From Chromatiales bacterium (lineage in GTDB: Bacteria; Pseudomonadota; Gammaproteobacteria; SZUA-140), in NCBI GenBank assembly GCA_050486285.1, contig JBJHCZ010000004.1:88196-152195 (forward strand): a stretch of 64,000 nt of DNA, given 5' to 3'. Of this stretch, positions 43,047 to 53,848 are shown in pieces (position 1 is the stretch's first letter; the number at the start of each line of letters is the position of its first letter). Made by a program: the position numbers and the translations under genes. The notes beneath the pieces are model-generated. The model was not told the origin of the DNA and did no database searches. It saw only the letters and a program-made list of their open reading frames with translations.

Positions 43047-44123
43047 TCAGTCCTTGCCGTGCCCGAACACCCGGGGCTTGAAGTAGTTGTCGATCAGCGG
43101 CACCGTCATGTTCATCAGCAACACCGCGAACGCGACGCTGTCTGGATAGCCGCCCCAGGCGCGAATCACATAGATCAGGATACCGATGCCGCAGCCGTAG
43201 ATGAGCCGGCCCTTGCTGCTGGTCGCGGCGCTGACCGGGTCGGTGGCGATGAAGAAGGCGCACAATATCGTCGCGCCGCTGAACACGTGGACCAGCGGCG
43301 AGGCGTAATGATCCGGATCGATCAGGAAGAACAGCAGGGAGATCGCGGTCAGCGATCCGATCACCGCGACCGGGATATGCCAGGTGATGATCTTGCGAAA
43401 CATCATCCACAGCCCGCCGACGAGGAAGCCGGCGGCGATCCACTCCCAGCCCTTGCCGCCGATCGCGCCGAAGATCGGGGTGACGCCGAGGATGCGGCTG
43501 GTCTCTTCGTCGAGGCCGAACTGCTGGAGGATCTCGGGGACAGTACTGCCGAGTCCGAGATGGGTGCGCAGCGTGTCGAGTGGCGTGGCTTCGGTCAGGG
43601 CGTCGATCGTGACGCCGTCCGGCAGGCGCCCGCCGAAGATCAGTGCGACGTACTCGAGGAAACTCAGTGAATACTCGCTGACCGTGACGACCGGCACCCA
43701 GGCGGTCATCTCGCGCGGAAACGAGATCAGCAGCATCACATAACCGACCATCGCCGGGTTGAACGGGTTGTAGCCGAGTCCGCCGTAGAGATGCTTGGCG
43801 ACGACGATCGCGAATACGACGCCGATGACGACGATCCACCACGGCGCGGTCGGCGGGATCGCCAGCGCGAGCAGCACCGCAGTGACCAGCGCGCTGCCGT
43901 CGGTCAGGAACTGCATGACCGGCTGGCGCCTGAGTTTCAGCATGAGGGCTTCGGCGCCGAGCGCAGCGCAGATCGCGATCAGGATCGTGATGACGATGCC
44001 CCAGCCGAAAAACCAGACATAGGCGGCGATGCCCGGGATCAGCGCGAGCAGTACCTGCACCATCAGTGATGTGACGCTGACGGGGGCCCTGACATGCGGT
44101 GATGTCGCTGTGCGAAGCGGCAT
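43047..44123 (-). CDS. rnfD: Rnf complex subunit D
   Basis: 358 aa polytopic membrane protein, RnfD/NqrB family. Confidence 0.88.
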   Translation of the reverse strand: MPLRTATSPHVRAPVSVTSLMVQVLLALIPGIAAYVWFFGWGIVITILIAICAALGAEALMLKLRRQPVMQFLTDGSALVTAVLLALAIPPTAPWWIVVIGVVFAIVVAKHLYGGLGYNPFNPAMVGYVMLLISFPREMTAWVPVVTVSEYSLSFLEYVALIFGGRLPDGVTIDALTEATPLDTLRTHLGLGSTVPEILQQFGLDEETSRILGVTPIFGAIGGKGWEWIAAGFLVGGLWMMFRKIITWHIPVAVIGSLTAISLLFFLIDPDHYASPLVHVFSGATILCAFFIATDPVSAATSSKGRLIYGCGIGILIYVIRAWGGYPDSVAFAVLLMNMTVPLIDNYFKPRVFGHGKD

Positions 44124-44180
44124 GATGTGTCGTTATGGGGTGCTTGTACGGTTTCGGAAGCGCGTCATGACGGCTGCTGG

Positions 44181-45824
44181 TTATTCCCTGTCCGACTCCG
44201 GTGGCTTCCTGCCGTCACTGCCGCCCGCCGCGGGCGGCGGCGCTTTCGCGTCGTCGTTCCCGGCAGCGGACCGGCCGGCCTGCTGCATCGCCGCCTCCCT
44301 GCGCGCTTCGGCCTGCTGCATCGCAGACTTCATCTGTTCCTCGCCGCGCTGGCGGGCGGCGGCCACGGTATCGAGCGCGGACTTCTTCTGCTGGCGCTTC
44401 GCCTCGCGCTCCTGCTTTTCCCGCTCGATGCGCTGCTGGCGCGCCTCGAAACGCTGGCGCGCGATATCGGATTTCTCCCGCTCCCGTTCCTGCGTCCAGA
44501 TGTCGCCCTTCGCGTAGCGGAAATACTGTACCAGAGGAATGTTGCTCGGGCATACATACGAGCAGCAGCCGCATTCGATGCAGTCGAACAGGTTGTACTC
44601 CTGGACCTTGTCGAGATCCTTGTGCTTCGAGTACCAGTACAGCTGCTGGGGCAGCAGGTTGATCGGGCAGACGTCGGCGCAGGCGCCGCAGCGGATGCAG
44701 GGCATCGCCGGTCTGGCCGGGGCGATCTCTTCGGGCGCGGCAGCCAGTACGCAATTCGTCGTCTTGATGACCGGCAGGCCGAGGTCATGCAGCGCGAAGC
44801 CCATCATCGGGCCGCCCATGATCAGGCGCTCTATGCGTGCGGCGTCGCCGCCGCACTGTTCGATCAGGTCGCGCATCGGCGTGCCGAGCAGGGTGTCGAG
44901 GTTGCGGCCCTCGCCGACCGCGCTGCCGGTCACGGTGACGATGCGCGAGATCAGCGGCTCGCCGTGACGGATCGCGCGCCACACCGCGGCAGCGGTGCCG
45001 ACGTTGACGTTGACGACGCCGATGTTGATGCACAGGCCGTTGGCCGGTACTTCCTTGCCGGTCAGCACGCGCACGAGTTGCTTCTCGCTGCCCTGCGGAT
45101 ACAGCGTCGGCACCGGCACGACCTCGACGCCGTCCTGCCCCGCGATCGCGGCGCGCATTGCGTCGATTGCCTCGGGCTTGTTGTCCTCGATCGCGATCAG
45201 GCAGCGCCCGGCCTGCAACGCATGGCGGACGATCTCGAGGCCGCCGACGATCTCTGCCGCCCGCTCGCGCATCAGCACGTCGTCGCAGGTGATATACGGT
45301 TCGCACTCGACGCCGTTCAGGATCAGGATCTCGACCGACTTGCGCTGGCCGGGATTGAGCTTGATGTAGGAGGGGAAGCCGGCGCCGCCGAGACCGACGA
45401 TGCCGGCCTCGCGGATCAGGTTGCGCAGCGCGCTGGGTTCGAGCGAGCGATAGTCGTCGATGCCTTCATGCGGCTTCCACTCGTCAAGGCCATCCGGTTC
45501 GATGACGATGCACGGCGCCTTCAGGCCCGACGGATGGGGGATCGCATGCTCGCCGATATCGACGACCGTGCCCGAGGTCGGCGCATGGACCGGCGCGCTG
45601 ACGAAACCGGTCGCGCGCGCGATCATCTCGCCCTTCAGCACGCGGGCACCCGGAGCGACCAGGGCCTCCGCCGGCTGTCCGATGTGCTGGTGCAGCGGCA
45701 GGATCAGGCGGCGCGGGATACGCGCGGGCGCGATCGGTGACTGGTTCGATTCAGTCTTGTGCTGGGTCGGATGCACGCCGCCGCGGAATCGCCACAGGCG
45801 GCGGGGCCCCGGGGCTGCCGTCAT
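44181..45824 (-). CDS. rnfC: Rnf complex subunit C (NADH-binding, 2x[4Fe-4S]) with long charged C-terminal tail
   Basis: Start [11 protein letters not shown]... chosen inside longer ORF (ATGA overlap with rnfB); two ferredoxin motifs ([24 protein letters not shown]). Confidence 0.85.
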   Translation of the reverse strand: MTAAPGPRRLWRFRGGVHPTQHKTESNQSPIAPARIPRRLILPLHQHIGQPAEALVAPGARVLKGEMIARATGFVSAPVHAPTSGTVVDIGEHAIPHPSGLKAPCIVIEPDGLDEWKPHEGIDDYRSLEPSALRNLIREAGIVGLGGAGFPSYIKLNPGQRKSVEILILNGVECEPYITCDDVLMRERAAEIVGGLEIVRHALQAGRCLIAIEDNKPEAIDAMRAAIAGQDGVEVVPVPTLYPQGSEKQLVRVLTGKEVPANGLCINIGVVNVNVGTAAAVWRAIRHGEPLISRIVTVTGSAVGEGRNLDTLLGTPMRDLIEQCGGDAARIERLIMGGPMMGFALHDLGLPVIKTTNCVLAAAPEEIAPARPAMPCIRCGACADVCPINLLPQQLYWYSKHKDLDKVQEYNLFDCIECGCCSYVCPSNIPLVQYFRYAKGDIWTQEREREKSDIARQRFEARQQRIEREKQEREAKRQQKKSALDTVAAARQRGEEQMKSAMQQAEARREAAMQQAGRSAAGNDDAKAPPPAAGGSDGRKPPESDRE

Positions 45825-46402
45825 GAGTTGCCTCCGGCCGACTTGCGTTCCGCCGGGAGGTCTGCGGGTCGTGCCTCGGGGTAGGGCCATTTCCAGGTCA
45901 GGATGTCCTGGCGCAGCGGCACCATGTCGATGCAGTCGACCGGGCAGGGCGGCACGCACAGGTCGCAGCCGGTGCATTCCTTCGCGATGACGGTATGCAT
46001 CTGTTTCGGCGCGCCGACGATCGCATCGACCGGGCAGGCCTGGATGCACAGCGTGCAGCCGATGCAGCGCGCCTCGTCGATGACGGCGACGGTCTTCGGC
46101 TTGATCGCGCCGTTGTCGGGATTCAGCGGCTTCGGATCGCGGTCGAGCAGATCGGCGAGCGCATGGATCGTCGCCTCGCCGCCGGGCGGGCACTGGTTGA
46201 TGTCGGCCTCGCCCTTGGCGATCGCGGTGGCATAGGGCCGGCAGCCGGGATAGCCGCATTGCCCGCACTGGGTCTGCGGCAGCAGGCCGTCGATCTGGTC
46301 GACCAGCGGATCGCCCTCGACCTTGAAGCGGATCGCCGCATAGCCGAGCGTCAACCCGAACACGACCGCCATGACACTGAGCGCAATGATCGCGGCCAGC
46401 AT
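45821..46402 (-). CDS. rnfB: Rnf complex subunit B (ferredoxin-like)
   Basis: 193 aa; CGQCGYPGC and two 4Fe-4S motifs. Confidence 0.9.
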   Translation of the reverse strand: MLAAIIALSVMAVVFGLTLGYAAIRFKVEGDPLVDQIDGLLPQTQCGQCGYPGCRPYATAIAKGEADINQCPPGGEATIHALADLLDRDPKPLNPDNGAIKPKTVAVIDEARCIGCTLCIQACPVDAIVGAPKQMHTVIAKECTGCDLCVPPCPVDCIDMVPLRQDILTWKWPYPEARPADLPAERKSAGGNS

Positions 46403-46403
46403 G

Positions 46404-46985
46404 TCAGAGCCTCACCAGCCCGGAGAAACCCATGAACGCCAGCGACATCAGGCCGGCGGTCACCAGCGCGATCGCCGGGCCGCGGAACGCGACCGGGACG
46501 TCGGCGACCGCGATGCGCTCGCGCATCGCCGCGAACAGGATCAGCACCATCGAGAAACCGACCGCGGCGCCGAAACCGAACAGCGCCGACTCGATGAAGC
46601 CGGAGTCCTGCTGGACGTTCAGCAGCGCGACGCCGAGCACCGCGCAATTGGTCGTGATCAGCGGCAGGAAGATGCCGAGCACCTGGTACAGCAGCGGACT
46701 GGTCTTGTGGATCACCATTTCGGTGAACTGCACGACCGCGGCGATGACGAGGATAAACGTGATCGTACGCAGGTACTCGAGGCCGAGCGGCGCGAGCAGA
46801 TAGGTATTCGCCAGATAGCTGCAGATCGACGACAGCGTCAGCACGAAGGTCGTCGCCAGCGCCATGCCGGTCGCGGTCTCGAGCTTGCGCGATACGCCCA
46901 TGAACGGGCACAGCCCGAGGAACTTGGTCAGGACGAAGTTGTTGACCAGTACCGTGCTGACAAGAATGAGAAGATATTCAGTCAT
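46404..46985 (-). CDS. rnfA: Rnf complex subunit A
   Basis: 193 aa; RnfA/NqrE family. Confidence 0.9.
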   Translation of the reverse strand: MTEYLLILVSTVLVNNFVLTKFLGLCPFMGVSRKLETATGMALATTFVLTLSSICSYLANTYLLAPLGLEYLRTITFILVIAAVVQFTEMVIHKTSPLLYQVLGIFLPLITTNCAVLGVALLNVQQDSGFIESALFGFGAAVGFSMVLILFAAMRERIAVADVPVAFRGPAIALVTAGLMSLAFMGFSGLVRL

Positions 46986-46999
46986 TTGACTCGATCATA

Positions 47000-49093
47000 T
47001 CACTTGACCCGCATGCCGGGCCGCGCCCCGTCCTCCGGTCCGATCAGCCAGATCTCGTCGCCACCGGGGCCGGCGGCCAGCACCATGCCCTCGGACACGC
47101 CGAAGCGCATCTTGCGCGGCGCCAGGTTCGCGACGACGACGACCTGGCGGCCGACCAGCGCCGGCGCGGCATAGCGGCCGCGGATGCCGGCGAACACCCG
47201 GCGGCTCTCGCCGTTGCCGATATCCAGGGTCAGTGCCAGCAGTTTGTCGGCGCCCTCGACGTCGCTGGCCTCGACGATGCGGGCGATGCGCAGGTCGATC
47301 TTCGCGAAATCTTCGATGGAGATCTCCCCGGATTTGCCGGGGTTATCGGCGGACCGCGGCGTCTCCTTGCGCGCGGTCCCTGCGGGCGTGGTGGTGGCAG
47401 CGGGCGCGGGCTGCGCCTGGTTCTCCCCGATCAGGGCCTCGATCTGGCGCGGTTCGATCCGCGTCGCGAGGTGTCTGTAGGGTTTGATCGGCCGTCCGAG
47501 CATGAGTTCAGCATGGCAGTCCCAGCGCGGCGCCGGGGTGTCGAGGAAGGCCTCGACCTCGGCGGCGAGCGCCGGCAGTACCGGCTTCAGGTACAGCGCC
47601 AGCAGGCGGAACGCGTTCAGAGCGGTCGTACAGACCTGCTGCACGCGGGCACGCTCGCCGGCAACATCGGACTTGATGCGGCGCCAGGGCTGTTGCTCAT
47701 TGATCCAGGCGTTGGCGGCATCGGCGAGGTCCATGATCTGGCGCACGGCCTCGCTGTAACGGCGCTCGTCCCAGGCGCGGGCGACCGGGTCGGCGGCCCG
47801 TTGCAGTTGCGCGAGCAGGGCGCGGTCGCCGGCGTCGATGTCGTCGGCGAGGCGGCCGTCGAAATGGCTGTGAATGAACCCGGCGCAGCGGCTCGCGATG
47901 TTGACGAACTTGCCGACGAGGTCGCTGTTGATGCGCGCGCTGAAATCGTCGAGGTTCAGGTCGAGGTCCTCGATGCGGTCGTTCAGCTTCGCGGCGAAGT
48001 AATAGCGCAGATATTCCGGATTCAGGTGGTTCAGGAACGAGCGCGCGGTGATGAAGGTGCCGCGCGACTTCGACATCTTCTGGCCGTTGACGGTCAGGAA
48101 GCCGTGCACGAAGATCCGGTCCGGCGTACGGTAGCCGGCGTGGTGCAGCATCGCCGGCCAGAACAGCGCATGGAAATAGAGGATGTCCTTGCCGATGAAG
48201 TGACACAACCGGGTGTTGCTGTCCGGCCGCCACCAGTCGTCGAAATCGAGGCCGCGCAGCTCGCACAGCCGCAGGAAACTCGCCATGTAGCCGATCGGCG
48301 CGTCGAGCCAGACATAGAGGTACTTGCCGGGCGCGTCCGGGATCTCGAAGCCGAAATAGGGCGCGTCGCGCGAGATGTCCCAGTCCCGCAGACCGGCCTC
48401 GAACCACTCCGCGAGCTTGTGGCGGGTCTCCGCCTGCAGCGGCGACTCACCGTCGCCGCCGGCGCGGCCGGCGCGCAGCCAGCCCTCGAGGAACTCGCGG
48501 CACTCGCCGAGGCGGAAGAAATGGTGCTCCGACTGCCTTCGGACCGGCGTTGCGCCGGAGATCGCCGATACCGGATCGATCAGATCGGTCGGTGCGTAGG
48601 TCGCGCCGCACTGCTCGCAGGCATCGCCGTACTGGTCGGCCGCGCCGCAGCGCGGGCAGGTCCCCTTGATATAGCGATCGGGCAGGAACATCTCGCGGAC
48701 CGGGTCGTAGAGCTGTTCGATGGACCGCACCTCGATCAGGCCGCGCTCGCGCAGGCGGCGGTAGATCCCCTGCGCGAGGACGCGGTTCTCCTCCGAATTG
48801 GTCGAGTGATAGTGGTCGAAGGCCACATGAAATGCAGTGAAATCCTCGAGATGCTCGCGCTGCATGCGCTCGATCAGGGCCTCCGGCGTGATGCCTTCCT
48901 GTTCGGCGCGCAGCATTACCGGCGTACCGTGGGTATCATCGGCGCAGACATAGAGGCACTGGTGGCCGCGGAGCTTCTGGAAACGCACCCAGATGTCGGT
49001 CTGGATGTACTCGACCAGGTGGCCGATGTGGATCGATCCGTTCGCGTAGGGCAGGGCGCTGGTGACCAGTATTCTTCCAGGTTTTTCGGACAT
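47000..49093 (-). CDS. metG: methionine--tRNA ligase
   Basis: 697 aa; HIGH (HIGH-L) and KMSKS motifs, zinc knuckle, C-terminal tRNA-binding (EMAP/Trbp111-like) domain. Confidence 0.95.
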   Translation of the reverse strand: MSEKPGRILVTSALPYANGSIHIGHLVEYIQTDIWVRFQKLRGHQCLYVCADDTHGTPVMLRAEQEGITPEALIERMQREHLEDFTAFHVAFDHYHSTNSEENRVLAQGIYRRLRERGLIEVRSIEQLYDPVREMFLPDRYIKGTCPRCGAADQYGDACEQCGATYAPTDLIDPVSAISGATPVRRQSEHHFFRLGECREFLEGWLRAGRAGGDGESPLQAETRHKLAEWFEAGLRDWDISRDAPYFGFEIPDAPGKYLYVWLDAPIGYMASFLRLCELRGLDFDDWWRPDSNTRLCHFIGKDILYFHALFWPAMLHHAGYRTPDRIFVHGFLTVNGQKMSKSRGTFITARSFLNHLNPEYLRYYFAAKLNDRIEDLDLNLDDFSARINSDLVGKFVNIASRCAGFIHSHFDGRLADDIDAGDRALLAQLQRAADPVARAWDERRYSEAVRQIMDLADAANAWINEQQPWRRIKSDVAGERARVQQVCTTALNAFRLLALYLKPVLPALAAEVEAFLDTPAPRWDCHAELMLGRPIKPYRHLATRIEPRQIEALIGENQAQPAPAATTTPAGTARKETPRSADNPGKSGEISIEDFAKIDLRIARIVEASDVEGADKLLALTLDIGNGESRRVFAGIRGRYAAPALVGRQVVVVANLAPRKMRFGVSEGMVLAAGPGGDEIWLIGPEDGARPGMRVK

Positions 49094-49227
49094 CTCGCTC
49101 GGCCGGGAAAAGGGGGCGGATAAAATGCGTTATTATAACTTGATCCGGCGCCACTTGGTGTAGAATCTGCGGTCTTCGGGCCAGCCCGCATACGGGAACT
49201 GACCCCTGACGGTCAAGGAGTGCAAGC

Positions 49228-50319
49228 ATGGCAGAGACCTCGCGACTGCAGGTCGAAATGGCGATCAAGGGGTACGTCGACCCCTATCTGGGCAAGGATC
49301 TCGTGTCCGCGTCGGCGGTGCGGGACATCGTCGTCGACGGCCGCCGCGCGCGCGTGCGTATCGCGCTCGGCTTCCCGGCGCGCGGCTATCACGACGCGCT
49401 GCGCGCGGCGCTGCGCGCGCGCATCGAAGCCATCGACGGCATCGACGGCGCCGACATCGAGATCGACAGCAGCGTGATCACCCACGCAGTGCAGAAGGGC
49501 GTCAAGCCGATCCCGAACATTCGCAACATCATCGCCGTCGCCTCCGGCAAGGGCGGCGTCGGCAAGTCCACGACGGCGGTCAACCTCGCGCTCGCGCTCG
49601 CCGCCGAAGGCGCAACCGCCGGCATCCTCGACGCCGACATCTACGGCCCCAGCCAGCCGCGCATGCTCGGCTCGAAAGAGCGCCCGAAATCGATCGACGG
49701 CCGCTCGATGGAGCCGGTCATCGCCCACGGCATCCAGTCGATGTCGATCGGCTACCTCGTCGACGAGGAATCGCCGATGATCTGGCGCGGCCCGATGGTG
49801 ACCCAGGCCCTCGAACAACTACTGCGCGAGACCCGCTGGCAGCCGATGGACTACCTCGTCATCGACCTGCCCCCCGGCACCGGCGACATCCAGCTCACAC
49901 TGTCGCAGAAGATCCCGGTCAGCGGCGCCGTCATCGTCACAACCCCGCAGGACATCGCGCTGCTCGACGCGCGCAAGGCGCTGAAGATGTTCGAGCGCGT
50001 CGACGTCACCGTGCTCGGCATCATCGAGAACATGAGCATCCACGTCTGCAGCCAGTGCGGCCACCAGGAACCGATCTTCGGCGAGGGCGGCGGCCGCGCG
50101 ATGGCCGACCAGTATCACGTCGATCTGCTCGGCCAGTTGCCGCTCGACCGCCGCATCCGCGAAGAGGCCGACGGCGGCAACCCGAGCGTCGTCACCGACC
50201 CCGACAACGCGATCGCGCAGGCCTACCGCGAGATCGCCCGCAAGGTCGCCGCGAAGCTGTCGCTGCAGGCCAAGGACTACAGCGCCAAGATCCCGAACAT
50301 CGTGATCGAGCAGACCTGA
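49228..50319 (+). CDS. apbC: iron-sulfur cluster carrier ATPase (Mrp/ApbC/NBP35 family)
   Basis: 363 aa; N-terminal DUF59-like domain, Walker A SGKGGVGKST, CSQCGH motif; divergent from metG as in enterics. Confidence 0.9.
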   Translation: MAETSRLQVEMAIKGYVDPYLGKDLVSASAVRDIVVDGRRARVRIALGFPARGYHDALRAALRARIEAIDGIDGADIEIDSSVITHAVQKGVKPIPNIRNIIAVASGKGGVGKSTTAVNLALALAAEGATAGILDADIYGPSQPRMLGSKERPKSIDGRSMEPVIAHGIQSMSIGYLVDEESPMIWRGPMVTQALEQLLRETRWQPMDYLVIDLPPGTGDIQLTLSQKIPVSGAVIVTTPQDIALLDARKALKMFERVDVTVLGIIENMSIHVCSQCGHQEPIFGEGGGRAMADQYHVDLLGQLPLDRRIREEADGGNPSVVTDPDNAIAQAYREIARKVAAKLSLQAKDYSAKIPNIVIEQT

Positions 50320-50342
50320 GAGTCGAGCGACTGCCGAGGCGA

Positions 50343-50456
50343 GTGTCCGGGCGGGGGTTGCCTGTGACAGGACCCTCGGCCGCAGGGATGCGGCCGTGGA
50401 GCCTACAGGGACGTATTCACGGCGTGTCCTGTCACAGGCAACCCCCGCCCGGACAC
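50343..50456. repeat. long perfect inverted repeat: 31-bp stems (50343-50373 / 50426-50456) around a 52-nt spacer containing a smaller hairpin, between apbC and dcd
   Basis: GTGTCCGGGCGGGGGTTGCCTGTGACAGGAC ... GTCCTGTCACAGGCAACCCCCGCCCGGACAC read directly. Confidence 0.75.
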
Positions 50457-50491
50457 GGATTCAGAACCACAATACAGGATAACGAATGACC

Positions 50492-51058
50492 ATGAGCATC
50501 AAGTCAGACCGCTGGATCCGCGAGATGGCCGAGAAGCACGGCATGATCGAGCCGTTCGAGCCGCGCCAGGTCAGGGAGAACAAGGGCGGCAGCGTGATCT
50601 CCTACGGCACCTCGAGCTACGGCTACGACATCCGCTGCGCCGACGACTTCAAGATCTTCACCAACATCAACTCCGCGGTCGTCGACCCCAAGAACTTCGA
50701 CTCCAACAGCTTCGTCGACATCCGCTCCGACGTCTGCATCATCCCGCCGAACTCCTTCGCCCTCGCGCGCACCGTCGAATACTTCCGCATCCCGCGCAGC
50801 GTCCTCACCATCTGCCTCGGCAAGAGCACCTACGCGCGCTGCGGCATCATCGTCAACGTCACCCCGCTCGAACCCGAATGGGAAGGCCACGTCACCCTCG
50901 AGTTCTCGAACACCACGCCGCTGCCGGCCAAGATCTACGCCAACGAAGGCGTCGCCCAGGTCCTGTTCTTCGAATCGGATGAAGTCTGCGAGACCTCGTA
51001 CGCGGACCGCGCCGGCAAGTACCAGGGCCAGCGCGGCGTCACCCTGCCCAAGGCCTGA
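50492..51058 (+). CDS. dcd: dCTP deaminase
   Basis: Start [22 protein letters not shown]...; near-colinear with the Pseudomonas-type Dcd as I recall it. Confidence 0.9.
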   Translation: MSIKSDRWIREMAEKHGMIEPFEPRQVRENKGGSVISYGTSSYGYDIRCADDFKIFTNINSAVVDPKNFDSNSFVDIRSDVCIIPPNSFALARTVEYFRIPRSVLTICLGKSTYARCGIIVNVTPLEPEWEGHVTLEFSNTTPLPAKIYANEGVAQVLFFESDEVCETSYADRAGKYQGQRGVTLPKA

Positions 51059-51210
51059 CGTCGTTAGCAGGCAGTTGAAAGCGCCCGGCGGGTTTTCTCC
51101 GCGAATGGCTCGCCTCGCTGCCGCTGCGCGGCACCCTTCGGGCTCCGGCGAGGCTGCGCTTGACTTCGCTGCGTAAACCCGCCGGGCGCTTTCAACTGCC
51201 TGCTAACGAC
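51059..51210. repeat. long perfect inverted repeat: 35-bp stems (51060-51094 / 51176-51210) around an 81-nt spacer with internal secondary hairpins, between convergent dcd and DUF3108 gene (overlaps DUF3108 stop)
   Basis: GTCGTTAGCAGGCAGTTGAAAGCGCCCGGCGGGTT ... AACCCGCCGGGCGCTTTCAACTGCCTGCTAACGAC read directly. Confidence 0.75.
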
Positions 51211-51973
51211 CGCGCTCGATCGCCGATACCGTCACCGCGACCATGCGCCGATCGCGATGCTGTTCCAGCCGCACCGGCAGATAGCCGAGGTCGATCGCGC
51301 ACCAGATCACCGTGCGGCGATCACCATGCATGCGCTCGAGCTTGATCGTCTTCAGCCGGCCGACCGGCGTACGCAGTTCCTCGCGACCGACGACCTCGTA
51401 GCGGTATATCTTGAGTTCGCCGCCGTCGGCGACGTGGTACTCGCGACCGATCCCGCCGTCCTGCATGTCCAGCATCATCGTGTACTGGTAGAGCAGCTTG
51501 TCCTGGGCGTCGTCCGGAATCTTCATCTGCCACGGATCGTTGTTCACGGTATTCGTCACCGAACCCCGGTCCCAGTCGAAATCGAGCACGACGTGACGCT
51601 CATCCTTGCGTCCGGTATGGTGATACTCGTACTTCAGCGGGCGCGGACGCTCCGCCACATATTCCCAGATGCTGCGCTCGACGATGTGGTCGCGCAGCAC
51701 CGTTGACAGGAAGCCGGCGGGCTTCGAGACCGATTCGAGGACCCAGGTGCCGTTGGCGCCGCGGCGCAGGCTGCGCTCCATGCGCGCGAGCAGCATCGAG
51801 TTGTGCCTGACCTCGTAACGGACCGTGAAGGGTTCGAGCGGCGCGGCCGCCTCGACCGCGGGCGGCCAGGCCGGGAGCAACGCGAGCGTCACGGCGACCG
51901 CCGCCGCGCGCAGCAGGACGCCGCCGGCGTGGTCAGCCCGGGCTGGCGTCGTCATGGCCGGCCTGCGGTTCAC
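51203..51973 (-). CDS. DUF3108 domain protein (secreted)
   Basis: 256 aa with signal peptide; this family commonly sits upstream of purN in gammaproteobacteria. Confidence 0.55.
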   Translation of the reverse strand: MNRRPAMTTPARADHAGGVLLRAAAVAVTLALLPAWPPAVEAAAPLEPFTVRYEVRHNSMLLARMERSLRRGANGTWVLESVSKPAGFLSTVLRDHIVERSIWEYVAERPRPLKYEYHHTGRKDERHVVLDFDWDRGSVTNTVNNDPWQMKIPDDAQDKLLYQYTMMLDMQDGGIGREYHVADGGELKIYRYEVVGREELRTPVGRLKTIKLERMHGDRRTVIWCAIDLGYLPVRLEQHRDRRMVAVTVSAIERGR

Positions 51974-52652
51974 CGGTGTCGTTGACCTCGTCGAAATCGA
52001 GCGGCGCCGCCAGCGGGCGGCCGTCGAACAGGATGCGGCCGTTCCGCAGTCGCAGCCGGCCCTCGGCGAACCAGCGGATCGCGAGCGGGTACATCCGGTG
52101 TTCGAGCGCGAGCACCCGGGCCGCGAGCGCGGCCGGATCGTCGCCGCGTCGCACCGGCACCCGCCCCCGGATGACCACGGGACCGCCGTCGAGCTCGTCG
52201 GTGACGAAGTGCACGCTGGCGCCGTGCTCGGCGGCGCCGGCCTCCAGCGCGCGCCGATGGGTATTCAGGCCCGGAAAGGCCGGCAGCAGGGACGGATGGA
52301 TATTGAGCAGCCGACCGTCGAATGCGCTGACGAAATCCGGCGCGAGGATGCGCATATAGCCGGCCAGCACGACGAGGTCAGGCGCCAGCCCGACGACGCG
52401 ATTCAGCAATGCGCGATCGAAATCCGCGCGCCCGCTGCACGCAGCCGGATCGACGACGACCGCGGCAATGCCGGCCCGGGCGGCACGGTCGAGCGCCTGC
52501 GCCTGCGGCCGGTCGCTGACCACCGCGCGGATCGTCGCGGGGATCCCGCCGCGCGTCGCGGCATCGATGATCGCCTGGAGATTGCTGCCGCGGCCCGAGG
52601 CCAGCACGACCAGCGCCGGCGGCGCCCGCCGCGTTTCAGGTGATGACGACAC
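51933..52652 (-). CDS. purN: phosphoribosylglycinamide formyltransferase
   Basis: Colinear with E. coli PurN ([39 protein letters not shown]); start (GTG at 52650-52652) uncertain, the longer 317-aa ORF is read-through. Confidence 0.85.
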   Translation of the reverse strand: MSSSPETRRAPPALVVLASGRGSNLQAIIDAATRGGIPATIRAVVSDRPQAQALDRAARAGIAAVVVDPAACSGRADFDRALLNRVVGLAPDLVVLAGYMRILAPDFVSAFDGRLLNIHPSLLPAFPGLNTHRRALEAGAAEHGASVHFVTDELDGGPVVIRGRVPVRRGDDPAALAARVLALEHRMYPLAIRWFAEGRLRLRNGRILFDGRPLAAPLDFDEVNDTGEPQAGHDDASPG

Positions 52653-53688
52653 GTGGCGCGTTCGGCTGGCGCGACGCGAGATGGCCGATCCGCCAGGCGG
52701 TTTCACCGTTGCCGGCGAGCTGCGCGAGCGCCTTGTCGACATCGCCGGCGGGCACCGCGATGACCATGCCGATGCCGCAGTTGAACGTCCGCGCCATCTC
52801 GTCCGCGGCCACGTTGCCCTGCCGCTGCAGCCAGTCGAAGATCGCCGGGCGCGTCCAGCTCGCGCCGTCGATGACCGCCTGGACATCGTCCGGGATCACG
52901 CGGGGGATATTCTCGGTGAGTCCGCCACCCGTGATATGGGCGATCGAACGGACATCGACCGCCTCGATCAGCGCCAGTACGCTCTTCACATAGATGCGGG
53001 TCGGCGCCAGCAGTGCCTCGCCGAGCGTACCGTCGCCGAACGGCGCCGACAGGTCGGCCTTGCGGGTCTCGATGATCTTGCGGATCAGCGAATAGCCGTT
53101 CGAGTGCGGACCGCTCGACGCCAGCCCGATCAGCGCATCGCCGGCCTGCGCACGCGTGCCGTCGATGATCGCGCTCTTCTCGACGACGCCGACGCAGAAG
53201 CCGGCGAGATCATAGTCGCCGTCGCCGTACATGCCCGGCATCTCGGCGGTCTCGCCGCCGATCAGCGCCGCGCCGGCCTGCTCGCAGCCGGCGCCGATGC
53301 CGCGGATCACGTCGGCGGCGACATCGACGTCGAGCCGGCCGGTCGCATAGTAATCGAGAAAGAACAGCGGCTCCGCGCCCTGGACCACGAGGTCGTTGAC
53401 GCACATCGCGACCAGATCGATGCCGACCGTGTCGTGCCGCCCCAGCGTGATTGCGAGGCGCAGCTTGGTGCCGACGCCGTCGGTGCCCGACACCAGCACC
53501 GGTTCACGATAACGATCGAGCGGCAGCTCGAACAGGGCGCCGAAACCGCCGAGCCCGGCCATGACGCCGGGCCGCGCCGTGCGCTTCGCGACCGGCTTGA
53601 TGCGCTCGACGAGGCGCGCGCCGGCATCGATGTCGACGCCGGCATCGCGATAACTGAGTGATGCGGTAGGGGTGTCGTCCTGGCTCAC
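52636..53688 (-). CDS. purM: phosphoribosylformylglycinamidine cyclo-ligase (AIR synthetase)
   Basis: GTG start [23 protein letters not shown]...; 350 aa colinear with PurM. Confidence 0.9.
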   Translation of the reverse strand: MSQDDTPTASLSYRDAGVDIDAGARLVERIKPVAKRTARPGVMAGLGGFGALFELPLDRYREPVLVSGTDGVGTKLRLAITLGRHDTVGIDLVAMCVNDLVVQGAEPLFFLDYYATGRLDVDVAADVIRGIGAGCEQAGAALIGGETAEMPGMYGDGDYDLAGFCVGVVEKSAIIDGTRAQAGDALIGLASSGPHSNGYSLIRKIIETRKADLSAPFGDGTLGEALLAPTRIYVKSVLALIEAVDVRSIAHITGGGLTENIPRVIPDDVQAVIDGASWTRPAIFDWLQRQGNVAADEMARTFNCGIGMVIAVPAGDVDKALAQLAGNGETAWRIGHLASRQPNAPRVVIT

Positions 53689-53848
53689 GGGAGTGCGTTC
53701 TTGTTGCGTGATTCGGGGTGTCCGCGAGCCGCAATTGTAACCCATATCCCGGTGGCAGGGACACCGTGGAACGCCTCCTTGAGCAGCGGCGTGTAGTCCG
53801 GATGGTGGCCATGCGGTATCATGCAGCGTTTGCGCCGGTGGATGCAGA

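Noticed and set aside
44181-46268. 695-aa ORF fusing rnfB-frame read-through to rnfC
   Set aside because: The N-terminal 148 aa are an out-of-frame read-through across rnfB with no Rnf similarity. rnfC is called from the internal ATG (45824) that overlaps the rnfB stop.
47471-49123. 550-aa plus-strand ORF
   Set aside because: Antisense to metG; same reasoning as the other antisense ORFs. Similarly rejected: 4681..6147(-) vs hyuB, 62071..63609(-) vs ilvI, 52468..53661(+) vs purM/purN, 1564..2973(+) vs argD, and 7333..8367(+)/7337..8848(-) around the sigma-54 activator.
50343-51210. Integron attC-like recombination sites as an explanation for the two long hairpins
   Set aside because: Stems are perfectly paired, with no extrahelical bases. 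The putative cores (GTTAGCA) do not fit GTTRRRY, and no integrase or cassette-like ORF is present. Kept as generic inverted repeats instead.
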